DNA from: Squalus acanthias
Lineage: Eukaryota
NCBI GenBank assembly: GCA_030390025.1
Contig: CM059432.1
Coordinates: forward strand, 112,656,001-112,720,000
Reading direction: 5' to 3'
Length of the DNA stretch: 64,000 nt
The notes below the pieces were generated by a model. That model was not told where the DNA came from. It made no database searches and worked only from the letters and a program-made list of their open reading frames with translations. Shown here in pieces: positions 1-13,240 of this stretch (positions within the stretch are counted from its first letter, which is position 1; each line of letters starts with the position of its first letter). Both the position numbers and the translations under genes were made by a program.

Positions 1-2262
1 TCACCAAAATGCTCTCCTACTGACACTTCTACCACTTGCCCGGCTACATTCCCTAGAATTAGGTCCAGTACCGCCCCCTCTCTTGTAGGACTTTCTACAT
101 GCTGGCTCAAAAAGCTCTCCTGGATGCACTTTAAGAATTCCGCACCCTCTAAGCCTTTCACACTCTGACTATCCCAGTTAATATTGGGGAAGTTGAAATC
201 CCCTACTATTATTACCCTATTATTTCTACACTTCTCTGAGATTTGCCTACATATCTGTTCCTCTATCTCCCCCTGACTGTTTGGGGGCCTATAGTACACT
301 CCCAGCAAAATGCTTGCCCCCTTTTTGTTTTTAAGTTCTACCCATATGGCCTCATTAGAGGAACCTGCTAAGATATCATCCCTCCTTACAGCAGTAATTG
401 ACTCCTTGATTAATATTGCGACACCCCCTCCTCTTTTACACCCCCCTCTGTCTCGCCTGAAGATTCTATACCCCGGAAGATTGAGCTGCCAGTCCTGCCC
501 CTCCCTCAACCATGTCTCTGTGATAGCAACAATATCATACTCCCATGTGTTCATCAACACCTTCAATTCACCTGCCTTATTCGCAAGACTCCTTGCGTTA
601 AAATAAATGCCATCCAGCCTTGCCATACTCCCTTGTGCCTTTACATATTTGCTCTGCCTTCCAGGCTGACTTGTTTTTTCCTCTATATTTGGCTGTGCAT
701 CACCCCCTACTATAGCTCTACTCTGTATCCCATCCCCCTGCCAAGTTAGTTGAACCCCCCCCCCCCCCTGTTTAGGTTTAGGTGCAACCCGTCCGACTTG
801 TACAGGTCCCACCTTCCCCAGAAGCAGACCCAGTGATCCAGGAAACTAAAGCCCTCCCTCCTTCACCAGCTCTTTAGCCACGCATTTATCTGCTCTATCC
901 TCCTATTCCTATCCTCACTAGCACGTGGCACCGAGAGTAATCCAGAGATTACAACCTTTGAGGTCCTGCTTTTTAATCTGCTACCTAGCTCCCTAAATTC
1001 TTGTTGCAGGACCTCATCCCTCTTTCTACCCATGTCGTTGGTACCAATGTGAACCACGACCTCTGACTGTTCGCCCATCCCCTTCAGAATGCCCTGCAGC
1101 TGTTCAGTGACATCCTTGACCCTGGCACCATGGAGGCAACATACCATCCTGGAGTCACGTCTGCGGCCACAGAAACGTCTATCTATTCCCCTTACTATAG
1201 AATCCCCTATCACTATTGCTCTCCCACTCTTTTTCCTCCGCTCCTATGCAGCTGAGCCACTCGTAGTGCCATGGACTTGGCTCTTGCTGCATTTACCTGA
1301 GAAACCATCTCCCCCATCAGTATTCAAAACGGAAAATCTGTCGTAGAGGGAGATGGACCCAGGGGACTCCTGCACTCCCTTCCTAGTTCTTTTACTCTGT
1401 CTGGCGGTCACCCATTTCCTGTCCGCCTGTGCAATCTTTACCTGCGGTGTGACCACCTCGTTAAACGTGCTATCCACGAAGATCTCAGCTTCGCGGATGC
1501 TCCAGTGACTCCAGCCGCAGCTCCAGCTCCGAAACGCGGATTTCGAGTAGCTGCAACTGGAGATACTTCCTGCACATGTGTTTGCCCTGGACACTGAAAG
1601 TGTCCCTGACTTCCCACATAGCACAGGAGGAGCACTCCACGCTGCCGAGCTGCCAAGCCATGTCCTACCCTTATTTACTCCCTTTACTTTCTTTAAATTA
1701 AAGAATATTAAATACACTACTTATTCTAAACTAGAGACCTTACTTTTATTTTAACGACTGGACTGTAGAAATACTCACCAGGTCCTACTTACCAATCAGC
1801 TCCTTACCTGGTTATGACGTCACTTTAGCGGTTTCGCAGTTGTTGTTGTTTGACTGCTCCTGCTCTCGGACTCTTTCCTTGGTGTAAAGTAAGAACCAAT
1901 TCCTACAGGGTGAAAAGTTAGGAAAAACGAAGGTGAAGCAAGGGAGCTCCTTCTTCCACTCCTCACCTAACCCCCTGACTCAACCAACTCGCAGCACTCT
2001 GTTTAAACCGCACTCAGTGCAAAATCGCACTGCAAAGCCTGTTTTTATAGGCCCTGAAACAAGGGAGCTTGCTGAGCCCTGCTACAGGAGAACCAGTTTA
2101 ATCTAGATTCCCTAATTAACTGCCTTCAGCTGCTCTGAATTGTCGGTCTTGTAGGCCCTTTATAACCCTGCTTAAAGCTTGGAAATTTAGATTTTAAACA
2201 GTAAATTTGAAACAAACAAAAGTTTCACCCAACTCGCAGCACTCTGTTTAAACCGCACTCAG
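1..2262 (-). mobile_element. CR1 LINE, 5' part (5'UTR, ORF1 zinc finger/esterase, start of ORF2 endonuclease), inserted into the Tx1 element
   Basis: Minus-strand ORF 863-1213 IGDSIVRG...VVHIGTND is the SGNH esterase of CR1 ORF1. APE endonuclease remnants at 1-640. Runs off the left edge of the window. Confidence 0.85.
1984..2262. repeat. 34-bp perfect direct repeat, 245 bp apart, at the CR1 5' end
   Basis: ccaactcgcagcactctgtttaaaccgcactcag at 1984-2017 and 2229-2262. Confidence 0.9.
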
Positions 2263-5200
2263 AGAGAAGAAACGGGGAGCAAGGGTCAGCAGTGGAGATG
2301 AGGCCGAAGGGAGTGGCACTGTTGGAGAAACCGTGATAGCAGGAAGACTCTCTGAGGGAGATTATGGGCTGGATTTTCATTGACCCATGGAGGCGCGTTT
2401 GGAGGCGTGTGGGGGATTAAAATTGCGAAAACTGGCAGGCGGACACAAGTCCGCATCCATCCCGCCTCCACGCAATTTTCATTAAATCGTGTCTGCTGGT
2501 CTCGACTCTGTCCCGCCTCTAAGAGGCGGGATAGGCTGTTAAGGCCCTTAACAAGCACTAAATTGCCTCTATAATGCCATTTTGAAAGGCCTTTGTGATT
2601 TTAACCCTTGTTCTACGTGAAACACGCCTGTTCTGAACCACGAATGTGAAACTTGGCGGGAGCACATTTGGATATGGATAGTTGACACTGGCTGGCTGGC
2701 TGAATAGCTATGTGGATGGAGAGGAGACATATCTGGGAGTGCTGGTGTAAAAATATCTGGGAGCAGACTTAGGGCTGCTGCTGCTCATTTTGCATCCAGG
2801 TCCTCTCACAGCAAAGGCTAGGCAGTCTCTGAAGACCTTCAATGCAGCAGCAATGATGACATCATCAGAGGCGACTTTCAGACTGAAAACACTAATTGGT
2901 TCATGGGTTCCCACATGCTGGAACTCAATTGCCCAATTAGGTGAAAATTGCATCAATCTCCCACATCCAATTGCAGTCGGGTGGATAACACAAAAAGTGG
3001 ATAACACGACCCCAACCCGCCCCAGTATCAAAATCCAGCCCTATGTATCTGACGGGGAGCAGGGACGGGAGGTTACAGAAGAGCTCGAGAGTGAGGAGTC
3101 AGAGGGGGACAGAGACATGGAAGTGGGGGGTGGGGTGGCATCGTGTGGAAAGGGAAAGGTTATTGAAGGGCAGAAGGAGGGAGAAGGGGCAGCTCCTCGG
3201 CCCAAACCTCATGTAAGGAAGAGGCTGAAACTGCAGGGAAAGTTCAAACAGGGTGTCAAAAAGAGCCGGAGGCTGCAGGAGAAAGCCACAGCTGCCCGAA
3301 AAGTTGGAAAGGAGCATGAGAAGAGGGAAGGGCCAGAGATTAAATGATGGTGGGATTATCAGGCACACTTCCCTTATTCGGAGCCATGATTGCATTGGTC
3401 TCGATTAACGGACTGAGGGGTGAGAATAAATTGCAGCAGTTGTTGCAGTGTTTTTAAGGTACTGACTTGTTGTGTCTGCAAGAAACCTTTTGGGATGAGG
3501 ATATCCTAGAAAGGGTTTGGAAGGGAGAGGTGTTTGCAAGTTGTGCAAACAATAACTGTAGAGGGGTGGCTGTTTTGGTGAGTATGTCCATTAAAGAGAA
3601 CGTTGCCTTGGTGGACAAGGACCCTGAGGGGAGATTTTTACGGCTAAAGGTAAAAATGGAGGAATTTAATTGCGATCTCTTTAATATCTATGCACCGAAC
3701 GACCATTGGAAGCATCGCAAGTTTTTTCGGTGATTATTCACTGAAGTGGCAGAGATGGAAAACCCTTGTATAATGGGGGATTTTAATGTATTTTTATCTC
3801 GGATGGACATTTCAGCTCAGATGACCTTTAAGGATGATAACTCCAGAGGGATGATTGTAAAAATGATGGCAAATTTAAATTTGAGAGACTTATGGAGGTT
3901 GGGTGGGTGATGTTTTAAAACAGAGCCAAATAGATTTTGTGTTAATGCAGGAAATAATTTTTTAGTGACCACTCGGCTTTGGTTCTTAGAATTAGGAACA
4001 GCATGAGTTAAGATCGGTCCAGGGCCGTGGATTTTAAACAATCAATACCTGAAAGAAATTACTTATAAAGAAGGGATTTTAAATATAATAAAGAATACTC
4101 AGAAGGAATCTTTATTCTTGAAAGAAAGAAGAGTTTGGTGGGACAATTTAAAATATGAGGTAAAACTGTTTTCGGTACGTTATGGGAAAGAGAGAGCAGC
4201 AGCTAAGCGGCGCCAAGAAGAGACTATAAACAGAATGTTTCCGGATATCTATAAAGCAGTTGACGGAGGGGATAAGGGAGCAGAGACGAAGCGGGTGGTT
4301 TTAAAGGAAGAGTGGGAATTATTGGAAGCTGAAAAATGCAAGGGGGCCATTCTCCATGCAAAGGCTAAAGATGCATTGGAGGAAGAAAGATGCACTTGGG
4401 GAGAGGATCATTAATAAAAGTGGGGAGATTTTGGAGGCGGCTAGTAGCTTTTATCAAGAGTTATATACAAAAGAAGACATTTCCAAATTGGCGATGGAGA
4501 TGGTTAGTGCTTTTATTGAAGAGGGTTTAAAGGAGGATGAGAGAAGCATGTGTGACAAAGAAGTCGGATTAGTGGAAATAAAAGTAGCAATAAGTGGAAT
4601 GAAGGGGGCGGGGGGGGGGAAGCCCAGGGTCCGATGGACTAAGTGCAGAATTTTACAAAGAATTTTTAGAGATTTTAAGTCCATTGCTCTTAGAGATTAT
4701 TAAGGAGATTAAAACTGAGGGAAGCCTGGTCCCATCTATGAAGAGAGGTATCATAAGCTTAGCTTATAAAAATAAAGGGGATAGAAGGGATCTAAAGAAT
4801 TGGAGGCCCATCACATTATTAAATGTGAATTATAAGATCTTGGCGAGGGTTATGGCAAATCGTATGAAGGAGGTGATGCCGCAGATAGTTTTACCCTCTC
4901 AGTCCTATGGAGTCATAGGCCGGGACATCGCAGACTCTGTGGTCTCAATCCGAGATGCGATAGAGTTCATGCAAAAGAGTGGGAGGGAGACCTATGTGTT
5001 AAAGATCAAGAGAAAGCCTTTGATATGGTCTCTCATAAGTTTTTATTGATGGTTTTGGAAGCACTTGGTTTCGGGAAAAATTTCATTGAGTGGATAAGGA
5101 TTTTTTATTCAAGCATATTTAGCTGCGTTAAATGTAATGGTTTTTTTTATCCAAGTATTTTCCAATACAGAGGTCAGTGAGACAGGGTTGTCCCCTGTCC

Positions 5201-7203
5201 CCATTGTTGTACACATTGGTAGCAGAACCATTAGGTTACATGATGCAAAAGGAACAAGGCGTAGTCGGGATTGAGGTTCCCAGTTCCGGGCGGGTGTCGG
5301 TGATACACCAATGTGCAGATGACACAACCTTAACGCTGAGAGATGGGGAGTCAGTGAGGAAAGCTATGGGAGTAGTGGAGTAGTATTGTAGAGCTTCAGG
5401 CGCCAGAGTGAATTATAGTAAGTCCCAATGCCTGGTTGCGGGAAGGGGTAGGGGGGAATGGTTGGAGGAAAGCCCCTTTAAGGTGGTAGAGGTTTTGGAA
5501 GTTCTGGGGGTGCATATGGGGTGCAAGAAGGACAGGGATGAAGTGGATCGATTAAATTGGGAACCAAAGGTTATGAAAATTAAAAAGATTTTGGGAAGGT
5601 GGGAAAGAAGGTGGTTGAAAGTGCAAGGAAGAGCGACAGTGGTGTCAGCTCTTCTGCTAGCTAAGCTATGGTACTTATTGATGGTGGAGGATATTCCTGA
5701 GTGGGTGGAAAAGTCCATCCAACAGGCTTGTGTGAGGTTTTTATGGGAACGGAAACCAGTCTTGGTTGCTTACAATACCATCATTGGACAGATAAATCAG
5801 GGAGGATGAAATTTCCCAGATACTGATTTGAAGAAAATATCCTTTAGAATCAAATGGGTGAAGAGATTTCTTCAGAAGTGAAATACAAGTTTTTGGAAGA
5901 GTTGTTTTGAGCATTTTTTAAAAGGAAGTGGGATATGAGGGCAGGGGATATTGTATATGGAATATAATATGTTTTTGAAATCGATTAAACCTCTCCCTAG
6001 GTTTTATAAGGGGGTTGTAGAGACTTGGGCCCAATTTTTTAAAAGTGTGCAATTTATGCCCAAGGGTGCTGAGGAATTTTTAGAACAGCCCTTATTTTTG
6101 AACAGGTGTGTCAACATTGAAGGAGAGGTATTATTTAATCAAGCTTTTATAAAAGCTGGTATTATATGTGTGAAAGATGTATTATATGAGGTAATTCCAG
6201 GTTGGTTGCCGGAAGCGGTAGAGAGGACTTGGTTTGGGAGGAGGATCAGGAGGTAGAGGAAAAAGCAATTATGATCATGTATGAGAAGATTGTGAGGGCA
6301 ATGCCACAGGATTGGATGGAAGAAATAAATGCGCAAATCTCCAAAGGAAGTAAAATGCGTCCCGCTCTTCCAAGCTTTCTGCTGGAGAAAGGGGAAGAGT
6401 TGAGCCAATTTGACAATTGTAATACTCAAGATTTCTATGGGGTATTTAGAGAATGGAGTTTCAAGACACCTGCTGGTCAGGAGTTTTGGCAGAGTGTATG
6501 CCCACAGCTGGACTTCAACAGGATTTGGAAGGGAGTGCGGGTGAATTTTAAATGTCCAGAGTGGATTGAACTGGATTTTAAATTGGCTCATAACCGGATT
6601 TTTACCACGACGGTCTTATGTAAGATTGGGCAAGTGGAGGGGACAACTTGCCCAGTGTGTGGGACATGGGATGAGACTCTGTCCCATTTACTGGTGTTAT
6701 GTCTGCAGTTAAATGGTTTTAAGTACTATGTTCGACAGTTGTGTGAGGTTTTTTTGCTGGGTGAGGACCGAAGAGCGAGAATGGGAATCCAGTGGGACTC
6801 AATTTTGAGATGGGGATTGCAGGAGAGTCTGGCCGAGTATAGCGGAGCCGCAATTAATTTAATGTTCAGTTTGGCTAGATTCGTGATTGTGCAAAGAAGG
6901 AATGCTCTTTTTTAAGGGGAGGAGAATAAATCTAAAAGAGTATTTTAAATATAAGCTAAAAGATCATTATAAGGCTCTGTGGATGTTTTATTCAGAAAGG
7001 AATTTAAAGATAGTATTTTATGATTAATTTTTAAAGTACAATAGTTTAATATATGTTACGGGAGACATTAAACTTCAGGTTTTGATGTTAATATGTGTTG
7101 GAGGAATGGCTGTGCAGAGTGGCGGAATGGATTTGTATGATACAATGGAATGATCACAATGTTGTAAATAGTTTTAATGTTCAATAAATAATATATATAA
7201 AAA
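2263..7203 (+). mobile_element. Tx1 (L1 clade) LINE, decayed: ORF1 C-terminus, ORF2 ~3345-6915, 3'UTR, polyA
   Basis: LCLQET and NIYAPND (APE); KNWRPITLLNVNYKILA, RQGCPLSPLLY and QCADD (RT); C-terminal CPVC..ETLSHLLVLC zinc knuckle; AATAAA and A-rich tail ending at 7203. Several frameshifts and stops. Confidence 0.9.
2366..3041. mobile_element. Non-autonomous PIF/Harbinger-type MITE in Tx1 ORF1
   Basis: TIRs GGGCTGGATTTT / AAAATCCAGCCC; 3-bp TSD TAT (2363-2365, 3042-3044). Confidence 0.85.
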
Positions 7204-7580
7204 GTGGGTAGCACTCTCGCCTCTCGAGTCAGAAGGTTGTGGGTTCAAGTCCCAATCCAGTCTTTCGGATGAGACGTTAAACCGAGGCCCCGTCTGCTCT
7301 CTCAGGTGGACGCAAAAGATCCCATGGCACTATTTCAAAGAGCAGGGATTCATCCCTGGTGTCCTGGCCATTATTTATCCCTCAATCAACATCACAAAAA
7401 TAGATTATCTGGTCATTATCACATTGCTGTTTGTGGGACCTTGCTGTGCGCAAATTGGCTGCCGCGTTTCCCACATTACAACAGTGACTCCACTTCAAAA
7501 AGTACTTCATTGGCTGTGAAGCGCTTTGGGATGTCCGGTGGTCATGAAAGGCGCTATATAAATGCAAGTCTTTCTTTCTA
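7204..7580 (+). mobile_element. tRNA-derived DeuSINE (SacSINE1-like), cut within its A-box
   Basis: GTGGGTAGCAC...GGTTCAAGTCCC tRNA head; Deu-like core GATGAGACGTTAAACCGAGGCCCCGTCTG; L2-type tail GAAAGGCGCTATATAAATGCAAGTCTTTCT. Confidence 0.75.
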
Positions 7581-7607
7581 AAGAAACAAAAATCAGGCTC
7601 TAGTAGA

Positions 7608-7712
7608 ACAGAAATAAAAAACAAAAGTGCTGGAAACACACAGCAGGACAGGCAGCATCTGTGCAGGGAACAGACGAAATGTTTTGGGTATGGACCCTTC
7701 ATCAGAACTGGT
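7608..7712 (-). mobile_element. Short PLE terminal fragment with a degenerate hammerhead
   Basis: Reverse complement CAGTTCTGATGAAGGGTCCATACCCAAAACATT, plus the same downstream sequence as 14100-14150. Confidence 0.65.
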
Positions 7713-8577
7713 AGAGTGGAGCCTACTTACCGTAAATATTTGCATATTTTACAAATAAAAATTCCAGAATGGTCACTCTTATCCTGAAGCAACTGTTGTT
7801 CCAGCGCAGTCACTAAGTGGCTGTTGAAACATGTGGACTGCTACCTCCTGTTGATCCTGTTTGAAGGGGCATAGGTAGGGAACTTATGATGCGACGAATT
7901 ATAGTCATCTCCTAACATCACCGATCTAGGGTTGCCAACTCTGGTTTGATATATTACTGGAGATTTGATCATGTAAATTTTATCACATGGCATTCAATCA
8001 CGTGCCACCGCTCATGTGATGCTTAATCACATGACATTCAATCATGTGACATTTCCCCATTGTTTGCAATTGTTATTGCATTTCCCTTAGTTGAACGACT
8101 TAGTATCACAAAGCCCAGAAAAAAAGTGAGATGAATAACATAATTTTTAAATCAAAGAACACAAAAGAGCAGGAAGATTTAAAGATAAGTAATGTTTAAA
8201 TAAAAACTACTTCTCTGATATTTCTACAGTATCGACCGCAATCAGAAATACCGAGTAAATACCAACTGATTCAACAAAAACATCATCGATATACGTAACT
8301 TCTAACTAAAGTTTTCATACAACTTTATGATGTTTTACACAGCAAGTTATAAACATAATAAATAAAACCAAAACCAAACATAATTCAATTCACTGACTCC
8401 CCACCCCACTACTGAAACACAGCTTCAGGGAGGTGAGACTCAGTCCTCCGAGAGATACATCAAAGCTCCCTGACTCCCTGAAGAAAATGCATTATACCAC
8501 AGGCCGACATAAAGTCCATTTTAGAGCACTGGGAAAGCTTGCAGTGCAACAGATGTGCTACCTGCATCAAGATGAAC

Positions 8578-10740
8578 TTCAGCCCCAGGACATCGCTGCA
8601 GGAGTTCCTCAGGGCAGTGTCCTAGGCTCAACCATCTTCAGCTGCTTCATCAATGACCTTCCCTCCATCATAAGGTCAGAAGTGGGGATGTTCGCTGATG
8701 ACTGCACAGTGTTCAGTTCCATTCGCAATTCTTCAGAAAATGAAGCAGTCCGTGCCTGCATGCAGTAAGACCTGGACGACATTCAGGCTTGGGCTGATAA
8801 ATGGCAAGTAACATTCCCGCCACACAAGTGCCAGGCAATGACTATCTCCAACAAGCGAGAGTCTTACCATCGCCCCTTGACATTCAACGGCATTACCATC
8901 GCCGAATCTCCCAACAGTAACATCCTGGGGGGTCACCATTGACCAGAAACTTAGCTGGACCAGCCACATAAATACTGTGGCGACAAGAGCAGGTCAGAGG
9001 CTGGGTATGCGGCGGCGAGTGTCTCACCCCTTGACTCCCTAAAGCTTTTTCACCATCTACAAGGCACAAGTCAGAAGTGTGATGGAATACTCTCCACTTG
9101 CCTGGATGAGTGCAGCTCCAACAACATTCAAGAAGCTCGACACCATCCAGGACAAAGCAGTCCACTTGATTGGCATCCCATCCTTCTTCTTCTTCTTCTT
9201 CTTCTTCTTAGGCAGTCCCTCGGAACCGAGGATGACTTGCTTCCACATTAAAAATGAGTTATCCGGTGACTGATTAGTCCAATGCGGGACCTACAGTCTC
9301 TGTCACAGGTGGGGCAGACGGCGGGTGGGTGGGGTGCTTGGTTTGACGTGCGCTCCTTGCACTGCCTGCGCGTCGCTTCCGCTTGCTCCCAGCGAAGAGA
9401 CTCGAGGTGTTTGGCGCCTTCCCGGATGCTTCTCCTCCACTTTGTGCGGTCTTGGGCCAGGGATTCCCAGGTGTCGGTGGGGATGTTACACTTTTTCAAG
9501 GAGGCTTTGAAGGTATCCTTGAAGCGTTTCCTCTGCCCACCTGGGGCTCTCTTGCCGTGCCGGATCTTCCTTGCTGCAATGCTCCATCTCACCCTCAGTA
9601 AGCTCCCCACTGGAGTGGATCTAATGTACAGAACAAACGGGAAACTGTTCAACCTCCATCGCCTCCAGTCCAGATCCAAGGTCGTCCCATCCTCTGTCGT
9701 CGAATTACAGTATGCAGACGACGCTTGCGTCTGCGCTCACTCGGAGGTCGAACTCAAAACCATCATCAACACCTTCACCGAAGCGTACGAGAGCATGGGC
9801 CTTACACTAAACATCCGTAAGACAAAGGTCCTCTACCAACCTGTCCCCGCCACACAGTACTGCCCCCCGATTATCAAAATCCACGACAAGGCCTTGGACA
9901 ACGTGGACCACTTTCCATACCTCGGGAGCCTACTGTCAACAAGGACAGGCGTCGACGACGAAATCCAACACCGCCTTCAGTGTGCCAGTGCAGCCTTCGG
10001 TCGCCTGAGGAAGAGAGTGTTTGAAGACCAGGACCTCAAACCCGGCACTAAGCTCATGGTCTGCAGAGCAGCAGTGATACCCGCCCTGCTGTATGCCTCA
10101 GAGACATGGACCATGTACAGCAGGCACCTCAAAGCACTGGAGAGGTACCACCAACGCTGCCTTCGCAAGATCCTGCAAATCCATTGGCAGGATAGGCGCA
10201 CCAACGTCAGTGTTCTTGCTCAGGCCAACATCCCCAGCATCAAAGCTTTGACAACGCTCGATCAGCTTCGATGGACGGGGCACATTGTCCGCATGCCCGA
10301 TACGAGACTCCCATGCCATCCACCACCTTAAATATTCACTCCCTCCACCACCGGCGTACCGTGGCTGCAGTGTGTACCATCTACAAGATGCACTGCAGCA
10401 ACTCGCCAAGGCTTTTTCGACAACACCTCCCAAACTCGCGACCTCCACCGCCTAGAAGGGCAAGGGCAGCAGGCGCATGGGAACACCATCACCTGCAAGT
10501 TCCCCTCCAAGTCACACACCATCCTGACTTGGAAATATATCGTCATTCCTTCATCGTTGCTGGGTGAAAATCCTGGAACTCCCTCCCTAACAGCACTGTG
10601 GGAGTACCTTGACCACACGGACTGCAGCGGTTCAAGAAGACGGCTCAACACCACCTTCTCAAGGACAATTAGGGATGGGCAATAAATGCTGGCCTTGCCA
10701 GTGACGCCGACATCCCATGAATTAATAAAAAAATAAAAAT
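8578..10740 (+). mobile_element. CR1-group (L2/Crack-like) LINE 3' fragment, split by an RTE insertion
   Basis: [13 protein letters not shown] and KAQVRSVMEYSPLAW at 8590-9180; resumes at 10316 and ends in an A-rich tail at ~10740. Confidence 0.8.
9184..10315 (-). mobile_element. RTE (BovB-like) LINE with 5' inversion
   Basis: (GAA)n tail at 9184-9209 and RTE C-terminus (GGQRKRFKD, CPTCDRDC) on the minus strand 9184-9567; RT segment (QYADD, YLGS, RMPDTRLP) on the plus strand 9568-10311; flanked by CCATCC at 9178-9183 and 10316-10321. Confidence 0.88.
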
Positions 10741-12439
10741 ACATATTTTGTGCTGAGCTATGTGTGTTTTTTGCACATATGCTCTAAAACTTTCATTTGT
10801 TTTGGGTGAGATGTGTTGAGTGACATGTAGGACCTTACTCTAGTGCAGATGAGAGGATTTGCTTTTTATATATGCAATCACCACTGAAAAAGTTTGTCAA
10901 ATAGCTTTTCAGCACTGATAATATCCATTTATGTGCAACTTTACAGTGTTCAAAAGGTACTACACACTGGTTAATCATGGCACCTAATGGAAAGAACATT
11001 TTGAGACCAATCTGATTCACTCTGAGTTCAGTAAGGAAAGAATAAATCCACTTGTGCTGCTTGTGTCTGCAGTAGACTCTTGCCATTTTGGGACTGAGCC
11101 AAGACCTGCAGCTGCGACTGTATGTACCCCTCCCCCTCCCCCACCCCCCAGTACCCTGATAAAACAATGTACGGAGACAAACATATAAACTCACTACTAT
11201 GCCTGCCTCTGAGTCTAAGCCTGAAGGAATGCAGTGGCCAGCAGGACCATCTAATGAAAGGTATTCTATCCTCATATATGTTTTTGATACGTTTAATATC
11301 ATTTTAGTAAATTTCAAACATTGAAGATTTCAAATGGATAGCCTGCAAGTACAGTTGAAACTATTACATCCCCTCTCCATTTTTTAATGAATTGTTTTTT
11401 TGTTCCACGTTTTCTCTGGCTGAGAGGTTTAGCAAGCAACCTGCTCCCTAGATACTGCCAGCTCTACTTTTGAGCCAAACAGGGAACATCGGGGTTAAAT
11501 AGCTGACCAGTATTCTTCCTCTGCCTGAAGGAAGTGGCTGGCCTGCAGTTAATGCCTCCCTGTCGTGATACAGCTACGATCAGGGATTGTGAACAATGCA
11601 GTACCACTGTGCATTGGTGCTCTGTGCTGCCTTTTTCGTAAACATTTTTTAAAAAGGCCAAAATTACATTGGCCAGCTCCTTTAACTACACAGTGATACA
11701 AAAGGTGCTTTTTGAAATCCTCCTCTGAAGATTAAATCACGATCTCCAGAAAGGGGGGTGACAGGAAATGGAATGTTAAATGTGTCTGGCCTCTGTGTCA
11801 TAGACCTTCCTGCAGGAAGCCTCTCAGGCCATCACAAGAGACCTTCACACAGGGCTTGGGCACTTGAAAGATGCATGACTTTCTCCAGATCCAGTGAATC
11901 ACAATTTGGGGCCTTCTGCAAATCTTTATCATAGCACTTAGATTACTCATAGCCATAACAAGTACAGTAACTTCACAAGATAAGAGCAAGCAGCATTGCA
12001 CTAAAAAATAGCAATTATCAGAGCTACTCAGGTCATACTTCTTTCAAATAGGGAAATTGTTTGAATCATAATAAAACAGCTAGGACATCATGCTCCTAAA
12101 TAAAACAAAATGCATACAAGGTTAAGCTTCAGAAAGAACTGAATCTGTGTTGCTTTTGCCATCAGACACTGAATTATTGCTCTTGACAAGAAGAAATGAT
12201 GTAGAATCTCAAGGTTCGTGCTAACATTAAAACAAAGGTTATGTTAGATAGTGGTGTAGACACACAGGTACACTAATAGCTGAGGTCATAGTGTATTTAG
12301 GTACCAGCTCACACACCCTCCATTACGTAATTCCCCGTATAGAGAGTTCCCAATCTTGCGCAGGCCTTTCAGAGACTGCAAATGAATCCCCTCAGAGGGT
12401 TGATTAACCTTGTCACTTTTGGATATAACAAAAGCATTA

Positions 12440-12785
12440 TTTTTTTTATTCATTCACGGGATGTGGGTGTCGCTTATTGCCCATCCCAAATTGCCTTTGA
12501 GAAGGTGGTGGTGAGCTGCCTTCTTGAACCGCTGCAGTCCGTGTGGTGAAGGTACTCCTACAGTGCTATTGGGGAGGGAGTACCAGGATTTTGACCCAGC
12601 GACTATGAAGGAATGGCAATATATTTCCAAGTCAGTGACTTGGAAGGGAACTTGCAGGTGGTGTTGTTTCCATGCACCTGCTGCCCTTGCCCTTCTAGGT
12701 GGTAGATGTCGCGGGTTTGGTAGGTGCTGTCAAAGAAGCCTTGGCGAGTTGCTGCAGTGCATCTTGTAGATGGTATACACTGCAA
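12440..12785 (-). mobile_element. 3' end of the same L2/Crack-like LINE family
   Basis: Reverse complement of 10370-10740. Confidence 0.8.
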
Positions 12786-13240
12786 CCTATGAGAAGAGAT
12801 TGAGTAGACTAGCCTATATTCTCTAGAGTTTAGAAGAATGAGATGTGATCTAATTGAAACATACAAAATTCTTACAGGGCTTGACAGGGTAGATGCAGGG
12901 AGGATGTTTCCCTTGGCTGGGGAGTCTAGAACCAGAGGTCACAATCTCAGAATAAGAGGGCAGCCATTTAGGACTGAGATGAGGAGAAATTTCTTCACTC
13001 AGAGGGTGGTGAATCTTTGGAATTCTCTACCCCATAGAGCTGTGGATGTTCAGTCGTTGAGTATGTTCAAGGCAGAGATTGATAGATTTTTGGATATTAA
13101 GGGAATCAAGGCATATGGGGATAGTGTAGGAAAGTGGAGTTGATGTAGAAAATCAGCCATGATCTTATTGAATGGCAGGGCAGGCTCGAAGGGCCGAATG
13201 GCCTATTCCTGCTCCTATTTCTTATGTTCTTATGTTCTTA
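12786..13240 (+). mobile_element. CR1 (HER1-like) 3' fragment
   Basis: DLIETYKILTG...TRGH...FFTQRVVNLWNSLP; tail (TTATGTTC)n. Confidence 0.85.

Noticed and set aside
2790..3347. 185-aa ORF
   Set aside because: Chimera of MITE sequence and the Tx1 ORF1 C-terminus.
7927..8060. TAGGGTTGCCAAC possible hAT-type terminus followed by ATCACATG repeats
   Set aside because: No matching second TIR or TSD found, so it is not called as an element.
9282..10331. 349-aa ORF that looks like a novel RT fusion
   Set aside because: Chance read-through across the RTE inversion junction; the N-terminal part is antisense RTE.
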